This document shows, one piece after another, positions 21,701-34,029 of a DNA stretch of 64,000 nt (the stretch's first letter is position 1; every line of letters begins with the position of its first letter). Made by a program: the position numbers and the translations under genes. This DNA is from Histomonas meleagridis 2922-C6/04-290x. Its lineage: Eukaryota; Protista; Parabasalia. Below the pieces are notes generated by a model. It saw nothing but the letters and a program-made list of their open reading frames with translations, was not told where the DNA came from and did no database searches. Location of the stretch: the NCBI GenBank assembly GCA_020184695.1, contig JAANOX010000069.1:248001-312000 (forward strand), written 5' to 3'.

Positions 21701-21904
21701 ATTGTTGTAATAAAATTGATCTAAACACTTTTATTATTTTTGAAGTTTTGTTTTTTACTTAAAAAAAATTTTGGTTTTGTATAAAATTATAATTTAATTA
21801 TGATGATAAAAAACAAAAACAAATATTTGTTTGAATAATATATCAAAATGCTTATAAGAACTTGAGATCAATTCAATATCTGCAAACTAATTAGATTCAA
21901 TTCT

Positions 21905-23050
21905 TTGCAAATTATTAAAACATATTTCAAATTATTCAAATGAATATTTTTTGCATTAACATCAATTCCTTTATCTAAAAGTAATTTTACGATTTCTATA
22001 TTATTATTTCTAACTGCTATATGAAGTGCTGTTTCAAATGATTAAAACATATTTCAAATCATTAAAATGAATTCGTTTTTCATTAACATCAATTCCTTTT
22101 TGTTCTAAAATATATTTCACAAGTTCAGTATTTCCTGATTCTGAAGCAAAGGGCAAAATATTTTTTTGGAATTTGATTATTTTGAAGGCAATATTAAACG
22201 AGATATAAATTCCCATTTCTTGCTGATTCAGCATTAACATTAATTCCTTTTTCTTCCAAAAATGCTAAAATTTCATAATTATCTTTTTTAATACAAAAAA
22301 TTACCAAATCTTTAGTTTTATCTTCAGACATTTTTGGCGTTGATTGTATTTTTTCTGATTCATTTTCATAAATATATTTAAAGATATCATTTCGATGGAA
22401 TCTAATTGTTATTTCATATTAATCTTCAAATGATGAATGATTTCTTCATTTCCACCTGCAACTGCATATTTACCTGTGTTTTCTACATTTGCACCATTCA
22501 CAAGTAAATATTTAAACACATTTAACTGCTGAAAAAAATGCTGCATAATCAATTAATGTAACATTTTCTTTATTAATAAATGAACATCTTTCATAAAGTG
22601 ATGGTTCAATTGTTTGATTAAAATCAAAATTTGTTTGTGATGATATTTCTTGAAGTTTTTCTGTTTCATCATTTCGTATTACCCTTGCAATTTCATTTGG
22701 ATAATGTCCTTCTTTAACATATTTCTTATGAAGCTCCCAAACATTCTTCGAAAGTTCTTCATAATGATCCAAAAAGTATTTTTCTATTGGATCATTTCTA
22801 TCATACCCAGTTGCCTTGTGGGTTTGTTTTTGGCTTATTCTTTTGCTTTACAATGAACAAAATATTTTGAATTAATATTTTTTAGTTACATTTTTATCAA
22901 CCAAATTTTCTTCAATTAGCTTCTCTATCTCTCGAAATCTGTACGTTAAGGGAATAATTTTTGTGTGCAGCTTTATCCTTGTTAGATAAAAACTTATCCT
23001 ATTCAGCAAAGCTCGAGTTTTCTCTAATCTATCTTTCTATGTCCTTTGTA
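21905..23050 (-). pseudogene. DUF3447 ankyrin pseudogene (locus D)
   Basis: 22512-22772 closely matches loci A/B (NEIARVIRNDETEKLQEISSQTNFDFNQ); several frameshifts and stops; intact TALHIAVRNNNIEIVKLLLDKGIDVNAKN module; 5' limit approximate. Confidence 0.75.
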
Positions 23051-23377
23051 TGTTATAATTATGCTTCGTTATCAATTTCGATTTTTTTTTAAATTCCGCC
23101 AAAACCCATTCACAGTAGAATTTTTGCTTAGCAATAATTATTGCACTTTTGCACAAAATGATTTTTATCAACTTTTTCTACGCAAAGAATTGAATTAATA
23201 TTAACGATGATTTTATTTCAAGGAGCATTAGGTACACCATTTTACTGGTTTCCACGATCAGTAATTCAATCTATTCAATAATCTAATGGAAAAAGAGCTT
23301 CGGATTTGAACGAGTTAACGCCGTTTTTATTCAATAATTGTGATGGGCTAACGGCCCCATAAGAAAAGTGGGTGGTT

Positions 23378-26300
23378 ATGTCCCACGTTATGGTTTTGTT
23401 CCTTTTTTTCGTTATATCATTCGAAGTTCCTGAATACTTTGTTTCACAAGATCTATTCGAATACACATTCCACACATCTCCATGTTACATTAATATTACA
23501 AAAATTCTTAAAGATTCAGAAAATTTAATTATTCCTTCAACAATTGAACACGAAGGCAAGAACTGTAGCGTCACTTATCTTGAGCTTCATGAGTCCCATA
23601 CTGGAGTACTAAAAGGTTCTCTTACAATCCCAGATTCAGTGATTTTTATTGGAAATCGATATTTTCAAGGGCAAAGTATCACATCTCTTCAACTAGGAAG
23701 CAACTTAACTATTCTTTCTGATGAGTGTTTTTCTAATTGTCAATTACTTACCGGAGATATCACATTTCCAACTTCTTTGCATCAAATTGGTTCCAAATGT
23801 TTTACCAACACAAACATTACATCTATAACATTTCCAGAAAATTCAAAGCTCGAAACAATTGGTTATTCAGCATTTTCGTACATTCATTTGTCTTTGCCCA
23901 TTAAGTTTCCATCATCTTTACAAGAAATTGGAGATTTGTGTTTCATAAATTCAAGTATTCCTTTCATAGAATTTCCACATTCAAGTCTTTCTAATATTCC
24001 AGATTTTGCATTTGCATATGTTAATTTCACATCTGGAATTACTATTCCTGCGTCAGTCGAAAAAATTCTCACAGCTAGTTTTATGGGAGCAAGAATTTAT
24101 TCAATAAAGTTTGAACCAAATTCTAAACTTCAAATTATTAATGGAGCATTTTCGGGGTCTGTTTTTATTGGTGAATATGAAATTGAGTTTCCTTCAACAT
24201 TACAAGCATTACAACATGGCTCATTTGAGAATTCCAATATTCGATCAATAATATTTCCAACTGATTCTCAATTACAAACCATTGATGATAATGCATTTTG
24301 TAATTCAGGTCTAATTAATACTATTAGTTTTCCTTCTTCATTAACGAGTATTGGTCGTTATGCATTTCAAAAGGTCAAAATTTCTTCCATTACTTTTCCC
24401 GAAGATTCCAAAATCAAACAAATTATGTCATGTGCTTTTGAATATTCAACAATTTCCAGTGTTTTAAGGCTTCCTGCTTCACTTGAAACAATTTCATCTT
24501 CTGCTTTTAAAGGAACACTAATAACTTCTCTCGAATTTCCGGATGAATCAACTTTAAAAACTATTGACGAAGAAGCATTTCTTGAAACGGCATTAAAAGG
24601 TGAAATAATTTTCCCATCGAATCTTGAATCTATTGGTAATCGCTGTTTCATGGGTTTAAATATTACTTCAATTTCTTTTGCTAATTCATTAATTACTTTT
24701 GGAGATTCTGTTTTTGAGGATTCTGCATTATGTTGTGATATAGTATTCCAACCTGCTCTGAAAACTATTGGTGAAAAATGTTTTGCAAATACAAACATTG
24801 GAAAGATTTGGTTTTATGAAGGTGAAGGAGTAACTCTTGGGTCAAAATGTTTTTATCAATGTAAGAACCTTAGTTTTCCTGCTCCTTATATGAAAGGAAT
24901 CATAATAAATGAAGAAGTGTTTTCTGGTTGTACTAATTTAAAGAATATTACAATATATGGAAATGAATTAATATCAAGCATTTTATGGTTGTTCATCATT
25001 AATGGAAATTAAAATAATTTCAAATGAAAACAATGGAACAATTAGTAATGAAGCATTTTGTTCATGTGATAATCTTCAGACTTTAACAATTTTAAATTGT
25101 TTAACAATTGAAAATAATTTTGTTTCAAATTGTAATAACTTAGAAACACTTAATATTGTTGGTACAAAGAATGAAATACATTTCTTAATTGGCGAATGTA
25201 TAAAAATATCAGAAGTTATATTAAATAATGCGACATTTATATTTGAAAATTCATTTATTGATTTTAATTCACTTAAATCAGTTACTTTTCTTAATTCAAA
25301 TATAACATTTAAACATTATTCATTTAATAATTGTCCAATTTTAAAGGATATTATACTTGATGAGAATTCATTTATTACTAAAATTGAATCATTTGCATTT
25401 TACAAATGTCCTTTATTAGATTTTGCTTGTACTAATGTATTATCGATTGAATCTTATGCATTTCAAGAGTCATGTTCACAACAATTTACATTTACTGAAT
25501 CAATAATACCTTCATATTCAATCACAAGTTCAAGTTCATTAAAATATGTAAAAATTGCTTCAACAGTTACAAGGATTTGTTCACATTTCATAGAACAATG
25601 TCCAAACTTTTTGTCATTAGAATTTCTTGATATTAATTCTAATACATATAATTTAACAATTGATGATGAAGCATTTTGGAAATTAGATACATTTGATTTA
25701 GCTTCAAGATTACCTGAAAGATTAATTAGTATTGGACGAGAATCATTTTCAGGTTGTAAAGGTATTACAGGTTCATTATTTATTCCATCGAATATTATTT
25801 CAATTGGGTCAAGTGCATTTTCTAATTGTGATTACTTAAATGGGATTTTAGATTTCTCTGCATGTAAGAAATTACAAACGATTTCATCATATGCATTTTT
25901 AGGTTGTACTTCATTAAGTGGATCATTAGTATTACCTAATTCACTTATTGAAATTGGCGCATATGCATTTTGTAATTGTAAATTTGCAGGTCCATTAATT
26001 ATCCCCAATAATGTAAAGACAATTAATCAATATGCATTTTCTTTATGTTCATCATTTACAGGATCATTAATTATTGGTGATAATGTTGAATATATTGGCG
26101 CTTATGCATTCTCTGAATGTAAAGGATTTAATGGGCAACTTGAAATCCATACCAAAATCCTTAAAGAAATTGGTAATAATGCATTCTTTAGTTGTACTTC
26201 ATTAAAAGGTACATTAAACTTACCAAACACTTTAACTTATATTGGTGATTTTGCATTCTTTAGTTGCCAAGGATTAGAAAATCAATTAACATTACCTGAA

Positions 26301-27139
26301 TCATTAGTATATATTGGAGATTCAGCATTTGCTTATTGTATTGGCTTTACACAAATCTTACAATTACCTAAAAACTTGACATATATTGGTCGGAATGCAT
26401 TTCTCCAATGTAAAGGATTCACTGAAATTCATTTTGATAAAGAAACATCTAAAAATGAATCGATTGTAATTGGTGATAAAGCATTTGGTAACTTAGCAAT
26501 TAAATGTTTATCAAATGTACCGAAGACTTGTCAAGGTAATTCGACATATGATAATCGATGTTATGATTCAACTGGATTTACTTCTATGCAAAGAAGTAGT
26601 ACATTGTTAGCAGAAAGTTGTGAACTTAATAATGCATTAGAAATCATAATCGCAGTGTTCACAGTAATCGCAGGAAGTGGTGTAATTGGAATGGCATTAT
26701 CATTTATTAAGGAATGGTTTGATATACAATAACAAAAAGAGTAACTGCGATATTTAATAATATTATCGAAGAATATAAAGATAAATACAAAAAGAAGAAA
26801 AATGATAATGAAATTACTGATAATATCATCGAAGAAATACAAAAATATATGAGAAAAGAAGTCGAAGACCCAAAGTTTAACTTGAGCGAAAAGAAATTAA
26901 AGGATATATTGGCAGGAGAGTTCATTAAGGTTTGGCCTTATGTGCCGTACGACGTAAGAAAGAATGTGATCGATAATTGTTTTAATGGTATTAACTTTGT
27001 GGAAATTCAACAATTACATAAAATGAATAGAAATAAGGAAAGGTGCTCGTGTATAAAGAGAATTTTCTCAAGGAAAAATAATAAAGATAAAGATAGCGAT
27101 AGAGAGAATGAAAGTGAAATGAAATTAACTCTTATATAA
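23378..27139 (+). pseudogene. Large BspA-like LRR_5 surface protein with TM and cytoplasmic tail, split by two frameshifts
   Basis: Signal-like MSHVMVLFLFFVISF; many xPxxLxxIGxxAFxxC repeats; AFYGCSSL is out of frame near 24978; TM IIIAVFTVIAGSGVIGMALSFI; tail continues in another frame from about 26727 to 27139. Confidence 0.75.
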
Positions 27140-28055
27140 ATAAATTTATGTTTTTCTTCGAACTTCTTCTTTTTTTATATGTGGTAAATTTGATATTAAA
27201 TGATGTTTCCTCACCATGTCGAAAAGCAATGATTTACCCCCAATAGTTCATAGAAAACATTGCATAGAATTACTTATGAAGTACAAACAATATATCCTTT
27301 CTTCCTTGTAATTAACCACTTCAATAAATATTTTTGTTTAGGAAGAATAAAGTAATTCTTTATATTGGGAAATATCACTGTGTTATTAATATTTGTTATA
27401 TCAATTTAAGTTTCATCAATTAAATTGTATTTCTTTAAAGATGTACATGATGCCATTTCATAAAGTTACTATTGCCATGAGTATTTATAACTAATTTCAT
27501 ATACAGGAATTGACTTAAATTGGCAGGTGTAATGTTTATATAATGTAAAAACAATTTAAAAACATATTATTCATAAAATAAATATGTTTTTTTAATAATA
27601 TTCTTAAACAAAAATTTTATAATAAAATTAAAAAGAAGAAATAAATTAGGACTTTCTATATGTTAAAACATGAAAACTCGAAGAGTAATAATATTGTTCT
27701 AACAACTTCACTTGGTTCGATCTTTGAAACAAGATGTGCTAATATTAAAAAATATTTAATTCAAACATTACATTTATATTTAATTGATCTATCAAACCGC
27801 AGTTATACCAATTTTTCCAATTTACATGCATATCTTTGTATTCTTAAGTTTTTTGATTTCGTAAACTTTGCGAATATTTTTTTCGCTTTAATTCTTTTCA
27901 AATATTCGCATGCATTCATTGATGAAAAATAAGGCGAAAATTTTTTATTGTTTTAAACTTGTTAAAACCTTTTAGTAAAATTTTTTTTTAAAAAAAAGTT
28001 AATTAACATTTTTATTTTATTAATTTGAAAACTACTGTAATATTTTTTTCTTAAT

Positions 28056-28868
28056 TTAGAAGTGTGGTGGATGTGGAGTTGAATAAAAAACAGCACAATC
28101 AGTTCTTACATAACCAAACAATCTTTTTAGAAATGCTTCTGGGGTTGGTTGGGATGTATTTTCATTTGATCGATTCGGACAATTTCTTCTCCCTGATGGA
28201 GATGGAGATCTTGAAGAATTTCCTCTTTTTAAATTTTTTTGAGATCCTCTATCATTCATTTGATTTAAAGTAAAACTTGGAGAGTACTCATTTGGATGCA
28301 TTTGTGTATGCATTCTTTTTGGTTGCATTATTCCTTGAGCCTGTGCATTAACCATTTCTTGTCGTATAATTGTCTTTTTTATTGGTATAAAAAGGCGATC
28401 ATGATACAGTCGAACGTGTTTCACAAACTCAGGTTGAAGATGAGGATATGAAATATTAGCTGTTGGAATCTTTTCAACAAATTTGATTAGTTGTTGAAGT
28501 AAATTTAAATCATTTTCGCCCATAAAATCTGTTTGATCTCGAAATTGTTGTAACTGTGAAAGTGATGATGTCATTTCTTTTATCATCATAATTTCTTGAA
28601 AATTCGATAAATAATTGTTTGTCCAATTATTCATATATTCCACAAATTCAGCTTCGCTAACAGGTGCAAGCTGACTTGTGATTCTCCTGTCAAAGTCTTT
28701 TACAATTTCAATGACCGCAACCCTAAGTTCCTCCGGAGTTTTCTTTGGTTCAAATGTTTGCTGTGAATAATAATCACTCATTGCTTTATAAATTGATCTA
28801 CAAGCATTTGAATATGCTTTGTGTCGAGGAGATTTAACAGCTCCATGTTGGTGCTGTTGAAGTTCCAT
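28056..28868 (-). CDS. Hypothetical protein, helical N-terminus and low-complexity Ser/Arg/Pro C-terminus
   Basis: 270-codon ATG-initiated ORF with coding-like composition; no recognised domain. Confidence 0.65.
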   Translation of the reverse strand: MELQQHQHGAVKSPRHKAYSNACRSIYKAMSDYYSQQTFEPKKTPEELRVAVIEIVKDFDRRITSQLAPVSEAEFVEYMNNWTNNYLSNFQEIMMIKEMTSSLSQLQQFRDQTDFMGENDLNLLQQLIKFVEKIPTANISYPHLQPEFVKHVRLYHDRLFIPIKKTIIRQEMVNAQAQGIMQPKRMHTQMHPNEYSPSFTLNQMNDRGSQKNLKRGNSSRSPSPSGRRNCPNRSNENTSQPTPEAFLKRLFGYVRTDCAVFYSTPHPPHF

Positions 28869-29209
28869 AGATTTTTGCAGCTCATAAAAAAACTAAAGAT
28901 TTCATATAACATATCAATATTTTTATGTAATAAAAATGATAAACAAATGAAACACCTTTGCATTGCTTCATTTTTGTTCAATATGAATATGTATTAAAGA
29001 CCAGATGAACTTCATCATATGAAATGATTTCGAGTATTCAAATATTTTAATCAAGAATTTTTTTTTTCTAAAAAAAATTATATTCTTTTAAGAATTTTTG
29101 AATTTTTTTAAAAACAAACAAAAGAATTATTACGTTTTTAATATTAAATCTTATTATTAAAATTTTGAAAAATTAATTACAAACAATTTTTACTTATAAA
29201 AATTGATAT

Positions 29210-30607
29210 TTACATTACCTCTTCCTCACATAACAATTGCATAATTACTTCATATGCTTCATCAGCTTTCATTGCAATGTTTTCATCGGAAGATTTTCTT
29301 ATTTCATCAATAATTCCAATTGAATCATTAAACATTTCGACTTCTTCCTCATTCTCAACATTACACAAACACTCCAAAACAAAATCAATAAACACATTAA
29401 ATGCAAATTCGAAATCTTCATTTTGCTCAGTGTTAAAGAAATCAAAAAATATTTCCAAAACATTAAATTCCAAAAACTTATTATACATTGATAACGGCGA
29501 ATTATCTATTAAATTAAATATTATTTTCATCGCTATTTTTTTGTTATCAAATTTAGAATCTTGTGAAATGTTAAAAATTATCGAAATTATATCGTTTGGA
29601 AGTAATGAAATTTCAATTTCTTGAGAAATTTGTTCAAACAATAAAAGTCCTTTATGTATATCTTCATCATTATCAGTGAACAAAAACATACGAATTAAAT
29701 CATATAACGTATTAACATCAAAATTATCTTGAGTACGAATACATATAAGTAAGATATCAAATGAAATATTTTGATATTCTTCAAATTGAATAAAACGATA
29801 GAAATTTTCAATAAATAAACTACTGAATTTGGAAACACATTTTTCCGAGCTTAAAAAGATATTCTTGATCCCTTCAAGTAAGCATTGGATACACTCAGGT
29901 TGTTCTGTAAGTATAAGGGTTGAGAACAAATCTTCAAATTTATATGTTTTTGTAATATCATAATTACATGTTATTGGAAAATAAAATGTTGGCGGCTGAA
30001 TAACATCAAAGTAATCAAACTCAATGGCCGATATAAGTGAAAATATATGGAAAATTGATGTTGGAAGAATTGAAGATTCAGCTAAACAACATAAAACATA
30101 ATATCCACCAATTTCAACAAAGTTCTTTTTACCTGTGATACCTGAGTTTAATAAAATATTTTCAATAAGTTCCAAATTATCTGGAATTGTAGATATTAAA
30201 AAATTTAAAATACCGTGATGAACCATACGGGATGAATTTTCACAAGGGCCATTAGAGATAGACATTAATAATTTTTGAGTTTCATCTCCCCAAAAATTGT
30301 AGCAATATTCTATAAAAACTTTTATAAAATTTGGACTAAACAGAGGACATGAGTTGTATTGTTGAAACAATTCATTTGGAAAAATTCCATTTATCATTTT
30401 TTGTATTCCGATTTGCTCAATTTGAGGATTACATATTTCAACAGAATTATCAACTAAATCAGAATCGTCGCTTTGATGTTCTTCTATTGATCGGATTTTA
30501 TGTTTTTTTCTTTGCTTGTAAGTCAAATTCATAGAGAACCATTTGGAAAGACGATAGAATTCAGTAAACAATTGAAATACGCTCCAGATTTCCACTTTGA
30601 GATTCAT
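29210..30607 (-). CDS. ARM/HEAT-repeat protein (importin-alpha-like)
   Basis: Basic N-terminal YKQRKKHKIR, helical repeats, C-terminal helix NIAMKADEAY; start may be the ATG at 30532. Confidence 0.6.
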   Translation of the reverse strand: MNLKVEIWSVFQLFTEFYRLSKWFSMNLTYKQRKKHKIRSIEEHQSDDSDLVDNSVEICNPQIEQIGIQKMINGIFPNELFQQYNSCPLFSPNFIKVFIEYCYNFWGDETQKLLMSISNGPCENSSRMVHHGILNFLISTIPDNLELIENILLNSGITGKKNFVEIGGYYVLCCLAESSILPTSIFHIFSLISAIEFDYFDVIQPPTFYFPITCNYDITKTYKFEDLFSTLILTEQPECIQCLLEGIKNIFLSSEKCVSKFSSLFIENFYRFIQFEEYQNISFDILLICIRTQDNFDVNTLYDLIRMFLFTDNDEDIHKGLLLFEQISQEIEISLLPNDIISIIFNISQDSKFDNKKIAMKIIFNLIDNSPLSMYNKFLEFNVLEIFFDFFNTEQNEDFEFAFNVFIDFVLECLCNVENEEEVEMFNDSIGIIDEIRKSSDENIAMKADEAYEVIMQLLCEEEVM

Positions 30608-30996
30608 TTTTTATCATAGATGTGATATTGTTATCATTGCTTATGCTGTTACATACCTTTATTTTTCATTGCCTTTTTTTAAAGATGAATTACTAATAAT
30701 TATCATTTGTTTATGTAAAAATAAAATTGACCAAAATATTTTAGTTTAGACATTAACACCAAATTTAAAACTAAGTGTTGAAATATAATGAGTAAATTAT
30801 AAAATAAATTTTTAAGAATTGTTTATTTATGTATTGGGGAGAAAAGGAAATAAAAAAAAATAAGTACTAAATAATGTCATCATTATATTTTATTAGGTTC
30901 TACAACAATCCAGATTTCAAAAGATAAAAAAAATGTTATCTTATTGAAACGTAATTTTTCTTTGAACATTCCATTGATGAGAAAGATTAAAAAAAT

Positions 30997-31197
30997 CTAC
31001 TCGTGAGCAAAAAGGATTTCATGCTGTATATTTTGTTGTTGGTCTTCATTAAATTGTTGATTATTTCTATCTTCTGCTTCAATCTCTTGTGATTGTATTA
31101 TCCTATTAATTTTTTGCGCGCCAAGTGCGTAATAAAAGTAAAGCATTGGATCTGCTGGAACTGCATATGTTGAATTTCCAATCTTTGCAGGTTTCAT
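30997..31197 (-). CDS. Small hypothetical protein (66 aa)
   Basis: ATG-initiated ORF, less AT-rich than flanks, Gln-rich tail. Confidence 0.45.
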   Translation of the reverse strand: MKPAKIGNSTYAVPADPMLYFYYALGAQKINRIIQSQEIEAEDRNNQQFNEDQQQNIQHEILFAHE

Positions 31198-31268
31198 CCT
31201 TATAATTTCAGTACTTTACGACAAACTTCACAAAACATTCTATGAGCTTTATCAATTTACATTTTATT

Positions 31269-33131
31269 TTATTGATTCAAAAACACGAATGTATTTGCTT
31301 TCTTAGCATCACATTTCATATTTGTCTTTATAACTTTACCATTACAACATACTTTTCCTAATTTTGAGTTATCATATGATTCATCATCTAAGTTATTATA
31401 TCTTGCATTCCATGCAGGTTCTTCATATCTAACAGCAGTAAATCCATGTTCGAGCTGCATCATCCATTGATTTATGTTACAATTTTTAGGCGGGAAACCC
31501 AAAGTTTTCCAAGTTTTTTTCGTTGCCACGAGAAGTGACACGTCTTTTTTAATAATATTTTCACCACATTTATTAACCTGATTAAACCCTGCAGTTGAAG
31601 TTGGCTTAGTTCTAAGTGTAGTTAATTCAAGAGATTTAATATTATAATTATCCGCATAATAAATTATATAATCAACAGTTAATTCTCTGTGGAAGAAATC
31701 GAAATGCCCATAAGAAGGTAATGTATAATAATCAATTACCATTATTGCATTCGAATGTGCATATTCGATTGCTTCGTCAATATAATTATCATCTTTATTA
31801 ACCATCACTGTACAAGGTAAAGGTAATTTACGATGTACTGATAATGATTTAGTTGTCGCAATTATTTCTAATGTGAATATTATAAATTCCTCTGAAAGTT
31901 CTTTAAGTTTTTCGACTTGAATATTAAGTAATTTAATTATGTTATCATCAATTTCATTTCCACAATCAATGATAACTGAAAGTGTTGACACATTCTTTGA
32001 TCTTTCGAGATGTTTTAATGTCTTTTCATAAGTAGCTTTGATTCCTTCATCAATACTTAACTTCGCATGCCATAAATTCTTATGGAAATATGTATCGAAA
32101 TTATGTGGGAAAAGAAACCGAGGTTTTGCGCTTTTATTTGTTGTGTCTATTCTACAATTAGGCATAATTCTTTTGATTGATTTTATCATAGTAGTAAGCG
32201 GAGTCCATACACCATCTGTTATATCAATGGTAAGTGGCGTCTTTTCAAAATTCTCTAAAATTAATATTAACGCATTTACAACATCACTGGTATGAACAAA
32301 TTGAAGACTTTCTTTGCCATTAGTAAGTAACTTGGCATAGCCTTTGGTAAGACATTGAACTAAGAGATCAGATACAACATGACTTTTGGATCCAACATAT
32401 TCGAACCCATAAACATTCCAAAATCGTACAACGCGTCCTAGTTCGGGTACTGATCGAATAAAGTTCTCCCCAACGGTTTTAGCATACCCATATGCGAGAT
32501 TCTTTTCTTTTGAAAGTGATGTGGTTGAAAATATGAATCGAATTTTGTGCTCGACTAGCCAATTAAAAACATTAGTTTGGAGACGTATATTACTTTCTCG
32601 AATAAAACTTTGTAGTTCTGGGATATGAAGGAATTTGGAGCCTCCAACTTCATATGATAGGAAATATGCAAATTTGATCTTAACTGCACTAAATATATCA
32701 AGACTATAAGGAATACGTAAATCAAGGTGGTGACGACTAAGAACATGGAGAACTTTGTAACCGCGTTGAATCAAGGCTTCTTTAAGTTCGGATCCTATAA
32801 GACCACCAGTACCAAGAATAAGAACATATTCATCTGTATCTTTATGTGTAAGAGGATCTAAACCAAATGGTATTAGAAAATTAAGTTTGTAATTGTTTCG
32901 ATCAATACATCCATCAGCTGAAATTTTGAGCTTTTCACCAGTTATTAATGAAACTGATTGTTTTTGGTTAATAAAATTAACATTAAAATCATTTTCATCT
33001 TGTGAATTTGTGAATTGATAATAAGGAAATGATGAAATATTTTTTATTCTTGTAAATAGTATAACATTTGAAATAACAAGTAAAGAAAGTACTAAATAAA
33101 TGAAAATTATTATCTGATTTGAAAAGCCCAT
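31269..33131 (-). CDS. Type II membrane NAD-dependent nucleotide-sugar epimerase/dehydratase (extended SDR) with a C-terminal GT-A-like domain
   Basis: N-terminal TM; VLILGTGGLIG Rossmann motif; YGYAK (YxxxK); RFWNVYG; FVHTSDV; C-terminal LSVII...EII...AIEYAHSNAIMVID. Confidence 0.75.
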   Translation of the reverse strand: MGFSNQIIIFIYLVLSLLVISNVILFTRIKNISSFPYYQFTNSQDENDFNVNFINQKQSVSLITGEKLKISADGCIDRNNYKLNFLIPFGLDPLTHKDTDEYVLILGTGGLIGSELKEALIQRGYKVLHVLSRHHLDLRIPYSLDIFSAVKIKFAYFLSYEVGGSKFLHIPELQSFIRESNIRLQTNVFNWLVEHKIRFIFSTTSLSKEKNLAYGYAKTVGENFIRSVPELGRVVRFWNVYGFEYVGSKSHVVSDLLVQCLTKGYAKLLTNGKESLQFVHTSDVVNALILILENFEKTPLTIDITDGVWTPLTTMIKSIKRIMPNCRIDTTNKSAKPRFLFPHNFDTYFHKNLWHAKLSIDEGIKATYEKTLKHLERSKNVSTLSVIIDCGNEIDDNIIKLLNIQVEKLKELSEEFIIFTLEIIATTKSLSVHRKLPLPCTVMVNKDDNYIDEAIEYAHSNAIMVIDYYTLPSYGHFDFFHRELTVDYIIYYADNYNIKSLELTTLRTKPTSTAGFNQVNKCGENIIKKDVSLLVATKKTWKTLGFPPKNCNINQWMMQLEHGFTAVRYEEPAWNARYNNLDDESYDNSKLGKVCCNGKVIKTNMKCDAKKANTFVFLNQ

Positions 33132-34029
33132 TTGGAAAAGGTGTAATTCTCTTGGTTTGAATTTAACAACCTCATAGAATATTTTGTGAAGAGGTTTTTT
33201 TTATAAGTAAAATCTAGTGGCTTGTCATATTTAAGCACTGGCTCACTTACTTTCAGCTTCTTAATTATATCAGTTCATAAAATATGTACACTATCCACGA
33301 ATCACTCAGCTTCATAATGTATATTAAAACATTTAATAATTTTAAAGAATTTCAAAATCATTTTACAAGTTTGATTGATTGCTATTTTTTAATTTCATTG
33401 ATTTTATAGTATACAGCCTACATGTAATTCGTTCAATAGAGTCGTTTACTTCAAACAAATCCTTTTTAAAACATTAATTTCATTGAAGTTTTATTTCTTC
33501 TTAATTATTAAAAACTACTCATTAAATGTCAGAATAAAAGTGATTTAAAGCATTGCTAACCATCTATCAAAGTGATTTGTTATCATTTTTAATTTTAATC
33601 AATACAATAATTTCAAATATCCAGATGAAAACGTTTTATAAATGTTTAATTCCACACAAATATTGTATACATTTAATTTCTACAAACGAAAACAAATATT
33701 TTCGGCATAAATTCTTTTTTTTTTTTTAACAACAAAATTAACCTAATCCATGAAATCATCAATTCGAATTGAGATTAAACCTCTAATGAAATCAACAAGG
33801 ATTCTTCCAAACCCTGATAACTAACAAAAAAAAGCTTCTTTATCTAACCAAACATCAAACCGTGGCCAAGCAAAAAGTGCTAACCTCCGACCACGACAGT
33901 TTTTATCAAATCCAACAAAAATTTGAGATGAAATGAATGGTAATTTGCTGGACGAATTGGTCATAACGGTTGATAATATCTTTGTCGGTTTTGGATTCAA
34001 TTGCCCCACCTATAGGATTTCATCACGAA

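Noticed and set aside
27660-27932. 90-aa ORF (also 49043-49234 and 58382-58654)
   Set aside because: Composition matches AT-rich intergenic DNA; no motifs
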